From the human T2T-CHM13v2.0 reference genome, Homo sapiens: a stretch of DNA of 64,000 nucleotides. A program made the position numbers and the translations under genes. The notes under the pieces are model-generated. The model saw only the letters and a list, made by a program, of their open reading frames with translations. It did no database searches and had not been told where the DNA came from. The stretch lies in the NCBI GenBank assembly GCA_009914755.4, contig CP068257.2, positions 31,264,001 to 31,328,000 on the forward strand, read 5' to 3'. Shown in pieces: positions 1 through 12,785 of the stretch (position 1 is its first letter; every line of letters starts with the position of its first letter).

Positions 1-279
1 TATCAATGTTGACATTTCTTCTTCCTATATATAGCTGAACATTGGAGAGATTATGTTTGTTTAGAAAAGTTTTCACAAATCCTTTGTCATGAAGATTTCA
101 GAGAAAGGTGACCATGAATTGTGTTAAGGTGACTTTTTATACACCAATTAAATAACCTGATTCAATGATTGCAGGGCATGAAGAGAAACGACAACAGTCT
201 TGGGTGTTCTGATCTGAGTAGCTTGTCAGTGCCTAATAGCTCCTTTGCTGCATGTAGATACAAATGACCAATCTTACAC

Positions 280-280
<1 letters not shown>

Positions 281-305
<25 letters not shown>
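281..305. repeat. (T)25 homopolymer tract
   Basis: Uninterrupted run of 25 T read directly in the sequence; no adjoining Alu body. Confidence 0.95.
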
Positions 306-310
<5 letters not shown>

Positions 311-1217
311 CTCAAGCTAGATTTTCTTTCCTCAAGAAAATGTGAAAATGTCACTGGTCACAACCTCTAAGCCCTATAAGTTTATGTCTTTATTTTATGT
401 TCTGGAGAGAAAAAAAAATTCACAATCAGAGAGAAAAGTAATTTTTCCGTTACTAATAAGCTACGTATGTGCAAAAGGTTAGTTTTGGAATTTCTTTCAA
501 AGATCCTGTGATTCAAAGTAAAATATTTGGTAAACTATAATGAGGTAATTGTGAGAAATGAGACATTAAAGTGTGTTTGGAGCCTTTTATATATTTCAAC
601 TTTAAAAACAATTTGGTGTCTCCATCATTAAAACTAAACTTTCACCTGCTACAGATCTCCTTCTTTGCTCCAAAGACTATTGTTTGTTTGAACAGGGTGG
701 AAAGGAGGTTGTCAGAGGCCTTTTACACAGTGCAAATGAGAGCAGAAATCAGCGGGGCCACAAGTGTTAATGAGAGAATGGCTGCTGATCAGAGCGTGGA
801 CTTGGCCACAGAAAGTTTATCTTGAATTTTAGAAGTTTTTCAGTTGGTTATTGGTGGTTGCAATAAAATAAATTACTTCTAAAATATAAATATTGAGTGA
901 GTCATAATGTCTTAAATGATTATGACCACAGTTTGCAGACCTTGTGTTGTAACTTAAACTTGACATTTAAGCATTCAGCCTGCATTTAGAATTTCTAAAT
1001 CTTAATATGTATTACTGCACACACATTTTGAAAAATATATAGATGAATATATAGCATTTATACCAATACATATAAACACATATTTCTTTTAAAAGATAGG
1101 CAAATACCATCATTTCTTCACTGGTCAACTCATGGAAGTCATGCTTACTAATCAACTTTTCATGGATCTAACATTTTATGCATTCATCTATAACACAGCT
1201 TTTCCATTGGATAATAA

Positions 1218-1561
<344 letters not shown>

Positions 1562-1640
1562 ATCCTCGTTTTCTAGATGAGGAAACTGAGGCTCAGCAAA
1601 TGACATTGTTACTGAGACAAATGTTTGAGCCAGGGAGGTG
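1562..1640 (-). mobile_element. MIR SINE fragment (interrupted by the Alu at 1271-1561; second part about 1225-1270)
   Basis: Matches the MIR core in antisense: TTTTCTAGATGAGGAAACTGAGGCTCAG. The TSD of the Alu lies inside this MIR. Confidence 0.55.
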
Positions 1641-1849
1641 CTTGGAAAGACTATGGGGCTCTGAAGAGGGCAATTAAATTAAAATAAAGGGTGAGTTATT
1701 GTGAATATATGAACTACTCTAAAAAGATGAGAAATGTCACTCTCCCACTCAAAGTAGGGGAACTGGATGAGTGCAGGACCCTGAAATGTGGAAAGGCATT
1801 TAATGTAGGGAATGATGCTTATAAGAGGGTTTGAAGAGCTAGAGCAGAA

Positions 1850-2200
1850 GGCAGAGGGCATCCCCTGTAACTATTAGCCAATAACTCCCCACTCTTCCTC
1901 TTCCAAGCCACTGGTAGCTTCTAACCTACTTTCTCTCTCTAGAAACTTGCCTATTCTAAAAATTTCATACAAGTGGAATAATACAATCATACAACATTTG
2001 TCATTTTGTGCCTGGATTATTTCACTTTATATAATATTTCCAACATGTTACATGTTGTAGCATGCACAGAACTTTCTTTCTTTCCATGTCTGAATAATAT
2101 TCCGTTGTATGGATATGCCACATTTTCTTTATCAATTCATCTGTTGATAGATGCTTGGGTTGTTTCCATCGGATTGTCTTTTGATATGACACATACTATC
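1850..2200 (-). mobile_element. L1 (LINE-1) 3' end fragment, antisense
   Basis: Matches the antisense L1 3' end: ...TTTCCATGTCTGAATAATATTCCGTTGTATGGATATGCCACATTTTCTTTATCAATTCATCTGTTGATAGATGCTTGGGTTGTTTCC. This is the same L1 segment as at 51980-52110. Confidence 0.65.
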
Positions 2201-4350
2201 CTCAGATCTACCTCCCTCCCTTCCTCTTCCCCAAAGCTGCTCAACCAGAGGCTTGGGTAACAATTGGCCACACCCAACTTATCTAAGTCTGTTCTGTCCT
2301 CCATTCAGATGGGAGCCCACCCTTCAAGACGACTATATAGAAAATAAAACTATTGTCCTGAGAGACCATCTTTCTTGCTATTTGGCACCCACTATAAATC
2401 CTCATGGGCTATATCCTTTTGAGAGACACCATCATTTTAAATTTGAAGATGTGCTATTTATTGTTGTTTTTCAGCTCCAGACTCACCCTTCTAAATTCTG
2501 CTCTATGCTATTGGATTGGAGCAGAGGTTTTACAAACCACATGTTCACTTTCCCTGCAGGCTCCATGTTAGGCTCTGCCAAGAGGGTGTACTGAAGAGAA
2601 GCTAAAAGATTGGAGCAGAAAAAAGGAACCTGCTCCTTCTTGTTTGCTTCCTGTCCCTCTCTGCATCACCCAAGCATGCTTCTTCACCCCAGCAGCAGCA
2701 GTTCTTTCACACAGTAGGAGCTGCATGCAGTGAGCGGTGTTTCCAACAGTTATAGATCCTACCTCATTGTACCACTCCCCCACCTTGAGGACCAGCACTA
2801 GCTGGCAGGAGCATCTTCCTCACAGAACTGAATTTAAGCCCTACAAGGTCCCTCTTGTTAGCCCAGAAACATCATCAGCAGTTGGGCAGGGCCCTGTCCT
2901 CTGAGATCTGAGTTTCTGTTCCTCAGAGTCATTACATTATATGTTTTAAACATACCTCTTCCCTTTGTTTCTGCCAGCCCTAAGGTGGTGCTGCTTCTTG
3001 TAGTTGCTACTTCCATCTGTGACTTTCCAGTTAACTTTTAAACAATTTTATAACTAGTTAACAGCTATTTGTGTTAAATTCTCACTTTAAGTCCTTGGTT
3101 ATAAGGTGTCTTCTCCCCGTCCTCTCCCAGACCATACACAATACATGGACATCGCACACATACTGCATGTGCATATGGAGTAGGAACATTCCCAATCAAG
3201 ATAGTGAATATACTGTGGAGGGCTTTAGAGTGAGGCCAGACCCCATGGATCCAGGGACCTTCCCTGAAAAGGACTGAAGCCCACTGTGGTCATTGAAGAA
3301 CAGTGGAAAGCTCTGGTGGGAACTGCGCAAGTAGAAGTTCCTCCAGATCAGGAACCTTTTCTGTCTCTTGACAAGGTAATATTGAGGAGTCTAAGAGAGG
3401 GTGGTCAAGGTCAGGCAGTCCCAGGTGATGGAAGAAAGGTGGCTTCTGAGGAATGGTATCAGACCTTCATGTCTCCTTTCTTCTGTGGTGCCCATAAACA
3501 AAGATTGGCTTAAACATACCAACTTAGTTCTACTAGGGCAGATTAGGTGATGGGTCCTGTACCCATCTAACATTAGATACCAGAATCAAATGTTAGAAGG
3601 GAGCAGTGACTCCCTCCCCCAGGGGTGAGTGGCAGCTATAATTCATAAGAACTTTCCACTGGGGAAGGTGAATCGGTCCAAGACTGACTTGCAATAAGGC
3701 TTGGAGCTGAAGACAAGAAACACTGATGGACATGAAAACTATTGGATAAAAGTTTGAAGAGGGACAAGGTATTAAATTCTCTGAAAGTATTTCTCCACAG
3801 ATTATTTATTAATTACAAAGGGAATTATAGTAATCAGGTGAAGAAACTTGGCAGACCCCACCCTATGGAAGTGATCAAAGTTGACACCACTCGCAATGGG
3901 ACAAACTGACATCATTTGGCTCCTGATATGATGCACTGAGAAGGGCACAGCATTGCTTATGTAATACACCTGTCAAATGCACAATTAAGCAGCTTGAATT
4001 CACATTGTGGAATAGTCTGCAAAGCCACTGGCCGGCACTCTTCAAGAATGTTATGACTTGAAAGACAAAGAAAGGCTAAGGAACTTTTCCAGATTAACAG
4101 AGACTAAAGAGACATGGCAACAAGCTGCAATACGTGATCAAGATTGGAGCCTGGGTCAGGGGAAAATTGTCCCAAAGGACATTTTTAGGATGATAGGCAA
4201 AAATTAAATATGGGCTATCTATTAGATAATGGTATTATATTAACATTACATTTTCTGAGTTTGATTAATTGTGCTATGATCAGAGACTCTCCATGCCATG
4301 TTCTTGGGAAACATACACTAAAGTGTTTGGGGGTAAAGAAAGGGGTTGAG

Positions 4351-5810
4351 AATAGCCAGAGCAAGCCTAAGCACACACACAAAAAAAAGCTGGAGGCATC
4401 ATACTACCTGACTTCAAACTATACTATAAGCCTATAGTAACCAGAACAGCATGATACTGGCACCAAAATGGACACATAGACCAATGGAATAAAATAGAAA
4501 ACTCAGAAATAAAGCCACACACTTACAACCATCTGATCTTCGATAAGGCCAACAAAAACAAGCAATGGTGAAAGGACTTCCTATTTAATAGATGTTGCTG
4601 GGATAGCTGGCTAGCCATATGCGGAAGATTGAAACTGGACCCTTACATATCACCACATACAAAAATTAACCCAAGGTGCATTAAAGATTTAAATGTAAGA
4701 CCTCAAACAATAGAAATCCTACCAGAAAACCTAGGAAATACCCTTCTTGACATCGGCCTTGACAAAGAATTTTTGGCCAAGACCCCCAAAACAACTGCAA
4801 CAAAAACAAAAATTGGCAAGTGAGATGTAATCAAACTAAAGACATTGTGCACAACAAAAGAAACTATCAATAGAGTAATGGACAACCTACAGAGGGGGAG
4901 AAAATATTCACAAATTATTCATCTGACAAAGGTCTAAAATCCAGAATCTATAAGGGACTTAAATCAACAAGCAAAAACCAAATAACCGCATTAACAGATG
5001 GGGAATGGACACAAACAGACACTTCTTAAAAGAAGACGTGCAAGTGGCCAAAAAACATATGAAAAAATTCTCATCATCACTAACCATCAGAGAATGCAAA
5101 ACCAAAACCACAATGAGATACCACCTCACACCAGTCAGGATGGCTGTTACTAAAAAGTCAAAAACCAACAGATGCTTCTGAGGCTGTGGAGAAAAGGGGA
5201 CAGTTATACACTGTTGGTGGAAAGGTAAATTGGTTCAGCCACCGTGGAAAGCAGTTTGGAGATTTCTCGAATAACTTAAAACAGAGCTATCATTCAACCC
5301 AACAATTCCATTAGTGGGTATATACCCAAGGGAAGATAGATCATTATACCAAAAAATATATATACTCATATGTTCATCGCCATGCTATTCACAATAGCAA
5401 AGACATGGAATCAACCCAGGTGCCCATCAATAGGCAATTGGATGAAGAAAATGTGGTACCATGGAATACTATGCAGTCATAAAAAGAATGAAATCATGTT
5501 CTTTATGTCAACATGGATGGAGCTGGAGGGTGTGATCCTAAGCAAACTAATGCAAGAACAGAAAACCAAATACTACTTATTCTCATTTATAAGTGGGAGC
5601 TGATCATTGAGCACATAGGGACATAAACATGGGAATAATAGATGCTGCAGAATACTAGAGGGGAGAGGGAGGGAGGGGGCATGGGCTGAAAAACTACCTA
5701 CTGGGTGCTATGCTGACTACCTGGATGAAATATACCCATGTCGCTAACTTGCACATGTACCCACCCCTATATCTAAAATAGAAGTTGAAGGTTTAAAAAA
5801 AAAGAAGAAA
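4351..5810 (+). mobile_element. L1 (L1PB/L1MA-like) 5'-truncated copy: ORF2 C-terminal region, 3' UTR and poly-A
   Basis: Continuous match to the L1 ORF2 3' region (AGCTGGAGGCATCATACTACCTGACTTCAAACTATACTATAAG ... CCATGGAATACTATGCAGTCATAAAAAGAATGAAATCATGTTCTTTATGTCAACATGGATGGAGCTGGAGG) and to the 3' UTR. A perfect 16-bp TSD AAAGAAAGGGGTTGAG sits at 4335-4350 and 5811-5826. Confidence 0.85.
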
Positions 5811-5864
5811 GAAAGAAAGGGGTTGAGGATGCAATGAACTCTCAAACAGTTTAGGAAAATAAAG

Positions 5865-5960
5865 TGAGAAGGTGAATCTCAGGATACACATGAGAAAGAG
5901 AGATAGGGAGATTGAGAGACTGTGGGAGAAAGAGAGACAGAGAGAGATGGGGGAGAGGAC
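5865..5960. repeat. GA-rich low-complexity stretch
   Basis: GAGAAAGAGAGATAGGGAGATTGAGAGA...GAGAGACAGAGAGAGATGGGGGAGAGG read directly. Confidence 0.7.
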
Positions 5961-8668
5961 TTATACTATGAGAGTTTTTGTATTATTCTGGCGACTCTTC
6001 TGGAAATTTGGAATCATTTCAAAGTAAACAACATGAAAAAAAAAAAAAGAATTGGGGCTGAAAGATGCAAGCAGCCTTAAGACATTTCCCATGTTTGTAT
6101 GGTTTCCTCTCTACTGTGTTGCCCCCGCACTTGACAGGACAAAAATGGAGTAGCGCTAAGAGGGTGGAGATGGAGAGGAATAAAAGTATAAGGTGGAAAA
6201 AAGAAAAGAAACCAGCCAAGTCCTTGTGCCCACCATGGCTTCCAGCCTGAAAAAGGTCTGAGCTGGGGTTGAGGAGAAAGATGAACACCACTTCCAGGTT
6301 GGAACTGTTATCTATATATGTCACAGATGTCCTAATAGCAGAAATAAGACAGTATTTTTGACTTAAAGTGCATGTCGAACTCCTGAGACCTGCGGAAACT
6401 TTTACCTAAAGCAGGGGAAGATGATTACCACTGAATATTCAAGTGGTGAGAGGCCAGAAATACAGTTTCATCTTTAATCGTGTCCCATAAGTAAAGTTCT
6501 CTCCTGTTGCCAGTCTGGGAGAAAGAGGTCGTTTTAGTTAAGGAAGCCTGCTGTTTCTTTGCACTCTCATTACATAATTACTTGTAGAAACCCATGCTTG
6601 ACAGAGTTTCTCACTTATTGTAAACAGCGTGGATAATGCCTTAGAAAATCTGTTAACTTCCCAGTTGTCAGGTGACATCTTGAATAGGGGTGCTTAAGAA
6701 TGGGGCATTGAGCAGCAGCTGGCGAGGGCTAAGGAGACAGCTTCCCCAGCCTCGCAGTTTGGGCGTGGCTTGACTTAGAACCCACAGACTTCCACAGAGC
6801 ACCTCCGTGATGGGGCCCTGCATATATAGTTTTATTCCTGGTATGATTTGAAGGTCCTTGCTATGGGATTGCAAGGCAGGTGTTACTTTCTTCACCTCAG
6901 GAAGGATTTACAAAGGACTCCTTACACTTAGATGGCCTGAGAGTCATTCACAGAGCCTGAGACAGACAGAAGGAAGGGTCAGGTACTGCAGTACATGGGC
7001 CCAGGAGATCTGAGATGGGTCCCTGCCCTGCCCCTGCTTGGCTAAAGGACCTTGGATTTCTCACTTCACCACTCTCGACCTTGGCGGCTTGTCTCATCTG
7101 GAAATGGAACATGAGAGTTGTCAGAATTAAAATGGAGTCACTATGTTAAAAACCCAACCTCACAAATAGAGCCAGGGAAAGCCATGAAGAGAGGGCTCTT
7201 ACGTTTGTGTGCTTGATAACACAAACTGTCACAAAAGACTGCAAAAGCCGCAACCCTGCACAGAGGCCATCACAACCTTACACAAAGAGTACTTCTGCAG
7301 GAACATCTGCGCAGCAACTGTCTGCCCAACCTTGACTGGAATCACCCTTGGTATTGATATTTGTAGCCAAAGATAGTTACCTCAAAACAATGATGTGCTC
7401 ACCTCAGTTCTTCCTCTAAAAACCTTTGTATTCCTTCACCTCCCTAACTATGCATGTAATTTACTGTGGCACATGTATTCTCATTGCAATGCTGTGTTCC
7501 CAAATCAATATCTTATTCTTTTACAGAGCCTCTCTCTGTTTGTTATCTAGGTTGGCTGGAAAGTGGTCTCAACTCTACCCACAGTCCCTTCTCATCCATG
7601 AGTCTCTGATTATCTTCTTTGGAGAGATGCTCAGAGCTCAATAAGCCCAAATAGTCCTTTATCACTCAGGGTACAGCAGGCAACAGACAGCATGCTCAAA
7701 TTGTGTTATTTGAGGAAAGTGTAATAAAGGGACCCTTTACAATGATGTGGGCAGGTTACAGGGCAGCCACAAGGAGTACTGTGGTGTTTCTGGGCTAGTA
7801 ATCATGGTGGGCACTTACCCTCTTCAGGCCTAAGAGCGCAGGAGCCTGAGACACAGAGGGCTGGGGTTGGAGGGATTTGGCCAGCCTGCAGTGACCCCAG
7901 AGAGGGATCAGGAGAGGACATGGACTGATCTCACATTTCTATCCCCATCTCTTCTGCAGCCCATGACGTCCCCATTGACTGGAGACAACCAGAAGTTGGA
8001 GAGCAGGGGAGCCCATTGATGTGGCCCTTTGAGGTCAGACCCATGGCATAGAGCAGGGGTGGAAGCAGGGCTGGAGGGGCAAATGAGAGACATCCAGCAC
8101 AGGGTACCCTTCATCCCCCAGTGTTTATGTTTGTCCTTTACCCAGGTTATAAATGTGTGTCCCCAAAAAGGACAAAGTCATTCAAAGTCCCAAAACCTAA
8201 AATATTAGCCACCTTCATTCAAGGTAATGAGGGGAAAGGGAAAGGAATGGCTGATGTGTATAACCACCATAGTACCTGATGGAGCAGGTTACAAGTCCAG
8301 GTTGGCCATCACAGCTGCCTTCTTCCTACCACCCTTCTACAGTTCCCTTTGTCTTATGCCAGTTTCGGTTTGCCTAAGTTCTTTACCTAGAGGGATGAGC
8401 TAAGCCTTCATTCTGGAAGTATCTCTGTCCTTGGAGATCTTTTCTCCATTGTCTAAGCCTACTGGGCAAGGAAGTACTAAGAAAGTTCCCAGTGTATCTC
8501 TGGGGATCCACACATAGAACTCCATTCCCCCATTAGGTAACTTGCTCCTTGGTTATTGGAATCAATTACTGTGTTCAACACAGTGACCCTTTCTCTGCTT
8601 GCTGATTAAGCAGCAGGCAGATTTCTCCCCAAAACGCATGACTTGGAAAGCATGTTCCCCTTGGACAC

Positions 8669-9091
8669 TGTATCAGTCAGGGTTCCAGCAAAAAACAAAA
8701 CAAACAAACACAGAACAAGTAGCATATATACATCAAGAGATATATTGCAAGGAATTGGCTTATGAGGTTGTGGCAGCCACCTAGGCAAGTCTAAAATCCA
8801 GAGGGTAGGCCATCAGGAAGGGCCACCTGGAACTCTAGGGCAGGAGCTGATGCTGCAGGTCAAAGGCAGACTTTCTTCCTCAGGGAAGCCTCAGCTCTGC
8901 TCTTAAGGCCTTTCCACTGATTGGAAATCTCCACCCAGAGTGTAGAGGACAATCTCCATTCCTTAAAGCTAGTGATTGTAGATGCCAATCACATCTGCAG
9001 GATACCTTCACAGCAACACCCAGATTCGTACTTGATTGAATAACTGGGTATTACAGCCTTGCCAAGTTGACACTTCAAACTGACCATTACA
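8669..9091 (+). mobile_element. Solo LTR (MaLR/ERVL-type; family with TGTATCAGTCAGGGTT...ACCATTACA termini; exact RepeatMasker name not asserted)
   Basis: Begins TGTATCAGTCAGGGTTCCAGC and ends TGACCATTACA. Homologous to the copies at 15727-16213, 19936-20412 and 26501-27077. Confidence 0.55.
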
Positions 9092-9550
9092 GGCACTAAG
9101 ATCTCCACACCCTCCCAGTCTAAGAAGATAGGGATGGGATGCAAACATCCCTCCAAAGAGTTTCACGACATGATAGTGACAGGGATACTCTTATCTCCCC
9201 CACTCACCCCCCAGTCCCATGGATTCTGACTAAAGGAAAGACAGCACCAAACCTTAGATATCTTTAAGGACACATGGGGCAGAGGTAGACAGCTCTCTGA
9301 CCTCCCAGCATCTTGTCTCCCACCTAGAACTATACCCGAGCCATCCTCAGGCCACTCCACTTTTTATTAAACCAGAAGTTTCTGGGTGATGTGGCCCTTT
9401 GGGTTAATCTGGGCATGAGTTCATTGCCACACTTCCTTTGCCCTAAAATATGTCACCTGATCAGAGGTGATAATATAGGATACTATGGCAATGATGGAGG
9501 AATTCTGCAAGTGCGGGAATAGTGGTACTGATCAAAGCATTATGAATAGG

Positions 9551-9760
9551 CATGTTAGTCCATTTTGTGTTGCTATAAAGGAATACTTGAGGCTGGGTAA
9601 TTTATTTTTAAAAAGAGGTTTATTTGGCTTATGGTTTTGCAGACTGTACAAGAGGCATGGCACCAGCATCTGCTTCTGGTGAGGCCTCAGGAAGCTTTTA
9701 CTCGTGGTAGAAGGTGGAAAGTGAGCCAGTGTGTCACAGGCTGGGAAAGGGTGGGGGGGT

Positions 9761-9791
<31 letters not shown>

Positions 9792-9989
9792 TGATGCTAG
9801 GCTCTTTTAAACAATCAGATCTCACGTGAACTAAAAGAGCAAGAGTGCACTCCTTACCTCAGGGAGGGCACCAAACCATTCATGAGGATCTGCCTCGTGA
9901 CCAAAACACGTCCCACTAGGCCCCACCTTCAACATTGAGATCACATTTTAACATGAGATTTGGAGGGGACAAACATCCAAACTATATCA
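9551..9989 (-). mobile_element. MaLR solo LTR, THE1/MST-like, antisense
   Basis: Reverse complement of the THE1/MST LTR: GTCCATTTTGTGTTGCTATAAAGGAATACTTGAGGCTGGGTAATTTAT ... GAGATTTGGAGGGGACAAACATCCAAACTATATCA. Confidence 0.75.
9760..9791. repeat. (GA)n microsatellite inside the LTR
   Basis: GAGAGAGAGAGAGAGAGAGGGAGAGAGAGA read directly. Confidence 0.9.
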
Positions 9990-10721
9990 ATAGGGAAGAC
10001 AAATCTGTATCAGAGATATATCTATCTCTGTGAAGAATAAGTTCTACCACATTCATGATGGAAGGGCCCTGTGGGGGTTACTTTCATGTGTCAGCTTGGC
10101 TGGAACATGGTGGCCAATTGTTTGGTCAAGCACCGGACTAGATGTTCCGGTGAGAAGATATTTTAGATACGACTGGTATTTAAATCCATGGACTTTATTA
10201 AAGCAGATTGTTCTCCGTGATGCATGTTGGCTTCATCCAGTCCACTGAAGGCCTTAAGAGCAAAGACTGAGGTTTCCTGAGGAAGAAGGAGTTTCCAGCC
10301 TGCTGCCCTATGGAATTCATACTCAATACTGCAGCATCAACTCTTACATAGGTTCAGATTTTGGACTTGCCAGTTTCCACAGTTTCGTGAGCCAATTCCT
10401 TAAAATAAATCTCTTTCTCTCTCTTCTATTGGTTAAGTTTCTCTGGAGAACTCCCATTAATACAGGGTTCAATATAATCAACTTGCTGGTATCCCTGGGA
10501 AATAGTAACAGCTTAGAGGCTCAGATACAGTCTCTGCTGTTGACAAATTGGAAACTCATCAATAGCTGTAGCTAAATCAGCCCTGGCGAGGAAAAGTCCA
10601 TAGTGATGAACCCATGTATAAACCTCCACCCCTGCCATATGGCCACTTTGTATCTGAGCCCATTGAGTGAGCCACATGGTTAGTCAACCTCTACAGGACA
10701 GGTCAACTTAACCACCTCAAT

Positions 10722-11120
10722 TATTCTGCTCAAGCTGCTGTAGCGAGATACCACTGACTGGTTAGCTTAAACCATAGACATTTAGTTTCTCAAAGTTCTG
10801 GAGGCTGGAAGTCCAAGATCAAGGTGTCAGCAAGGTTAATTTCTGGTGAGGACTCTATTCGTTACTTGCAGATGGCTACCTTCTTTGCTGTGTCCTCACT
10901 TATCCTCTTTTCTGTGTGTGCAGAGAAAGAGCTCTCTGGTGTCTTTTCCTTTTCTTATCAGGACACCAGTCCTACCGGATTAGGGCCACACTCTTATGAC
11001 CTCATTTAACCTTAATTACCTCCTTAAAGGCCCCATCTCTGAATATAGTCACATTGAAGAGTTAGGGCTTCAACATGTGAATTTGGGGGGCGGGGTTAGA
11101 CACAATTCAGTCCATAACAC
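10722..11120 (+). mobile_element. MLT1-type MaLR solo LTR (CTGGAGGCTGGAAGTCCAAGATCAAGGTG ... CACAATTCAGTCCATAACA family)
   Basis: Contains the hallmark segments TTCTGGAGGCTGGAAGTCCAAGATCAAGGTGTCAGCA, CTTGCAGATGGCTACCTTCT, GGATTAGGGCCACACTCTTATGACCTCATTTAACCTTAATTACCTCCTTAAAGGCCCCATCTC and TTCAACATGTGAATTTGGGGGGCGGGGTTAGACACAATTCAGTCCATAACA. Confidence 0.6.
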
Positions 11121-12159
11121 CACCTGATTTTTGAGAACCTCCTCCACAGTGAATGCCCTGTAGTGAAGAAGGCATGAATATCCATGCCCATTCTAAGAGA
11201 TCCATCCACATACTCCCAGACCTCTTTATCATCAATTTTCAAGTCTTGTTCCAAGTCACTGACTGGCTAACCAATCCATCAGTCACTCACCATGGATTGG
11301 ACTGGATCTACACCTCTGGCCACCTTTCCTGATTGCTTCCTGGATCTGCATAGATATCAGCACCTCATCCTCAGCCTTCCTCACCGCCTGATTTTCAAGC
11401 TTTCTGGCCTAGGCTATGACCTCAGCTCAGATGTTGAATTTAAGTGTAAGCTTGCAGAGCAAAATAAACTAATGAGGATTCCCTGAGTAACAATGAGTGA
11501 ATAGGCAGGAGCCCAGTGGTGGGCTTGCAGATGGCTACCTTCTTTGCTGCGTCCTCACTTAGCCCCCATTCCCCAAAGCATGTGCCATAGGACCATCAGA
11601 AGCCAGCTGGCTCCCAAATGTTTAGAATCACTATAGGATCAAAGTCTCTTTACACTTTGCCCTCAACTTGAACTTTATCTCATGCCAGCACTGTTCATAA
11701 TTTGAGTAATAACACATCACAGTGTGCCACGGATTACCTGTGTGCCATTTCCCCTTGGCAAGATAGGTATTACGGGGCAATGCAAATAGATGAGCAACTA
11801 GTGGCTTGCTGGTAAGTGTTGAACAACTGATTCTTAAAAAGAAAGGAGGAAGGTGAGGAAGGTTAGAAAGGAAAGGAGGGAGAAAGGTAGGGAGGGGAGA
11901 AACAAAGAAAGAAACAAAAAAGAGAAAAGAAAGAAGCCCTCATTGGTAGCATTTGCAAATTTCTATGGTATAAATATTCCCTACTATGGCTGATTTCAAT
12001 CTACCAACATAATTTCACTGAACACGTAGTTGGAAAGAGATGTACACAGTCAGCTCTTGTAAGCCAGTCATAGCTGGCTCCAGCACACCACGTGGCTATC
12101 TCAATCTTCAGAGTCTGTTCTGAGGGTCTGTTTCCTGGGGCTACTCCTGGAACCCATTA

Positions 12160-12225
12160 CTGTATCAGTCAGGGACCTAGCAACAAATAGATGGCCCACT
12201 AATAGGGAGTAATTTGAGAAAATTT
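12160..12225 (+). mobile_element. 5' end of a solo LTR of the TGTATCAGTCAGGG family, running into an AT-rich expansion
   Basis: CTGTATCAGTCAGGGACCTAGCAACAAATAGATGG... corresponds to the LTR start and abuts the AT-rich block. Confidence 0.4.
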
Positions 12226-12785
12226 TAACAAAGTAATTATTTACAAATAGTATTTTATAATTATTTAATTATCAGTTAATTTAATAATTATTCATTATAA
12301 TTAATAATATATACAATGTATAATATATAAATTATATAATATATTTATTATAATTAATAATTATAGAAATATATTTTTATATTATATTGTATATATAGAT
12401 GTATAAAATATTTAATATATAAATTGCATATTATATAAAATTTAAATGAGATTTATAAGATATATAAATTAATTAATTATATTTATAATTTATAAGTATG
12501 CATTTATAAATTTATATACATTATTTATAATGTATATACTTAATTATTATCTTATTAATTATATAATTATATTATTAGTTGCCTAATTACACTTATATAA
12601 TTAATTTATATAGTTATATTTATATAATTATAACAAATATAACTATATAACTTATAATTATATTTTATCTATATATGGAAATATTTTATATATTATAACA
12701 TATAAATAGTATAATTATAATGAAAATATATGAAAATATAAATAATAAATAATTATTCATTTAATAACTATTTAATTATTATTTA
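12225..12785. repeat. About 560-bp AT-rich (TA-type) low-complexity block
   Basis: Near-exclusive A/T composition with degenerate TATAAT/ATTATA units, read directly. Confidence 0.9.

Noticed and set aside
3580-4335. Roughly 750-bp segment upstream of the L1 that looks repeat-like (GGACAAACTGACATCATTTGG...ATTATATTAACATTACATTTTCTGAGTTTGATTAATTGTGCTATGATCAGAGACTCTCCATGCCATGTTCTTGGGAAACATACACTAAAGTGTTTGGGGGTAAAG)
   Set aside because: It resembles a dispersed element I have seen before, but I could not assign a family or boundaries from memory. It is left unannotated rather than guessed.
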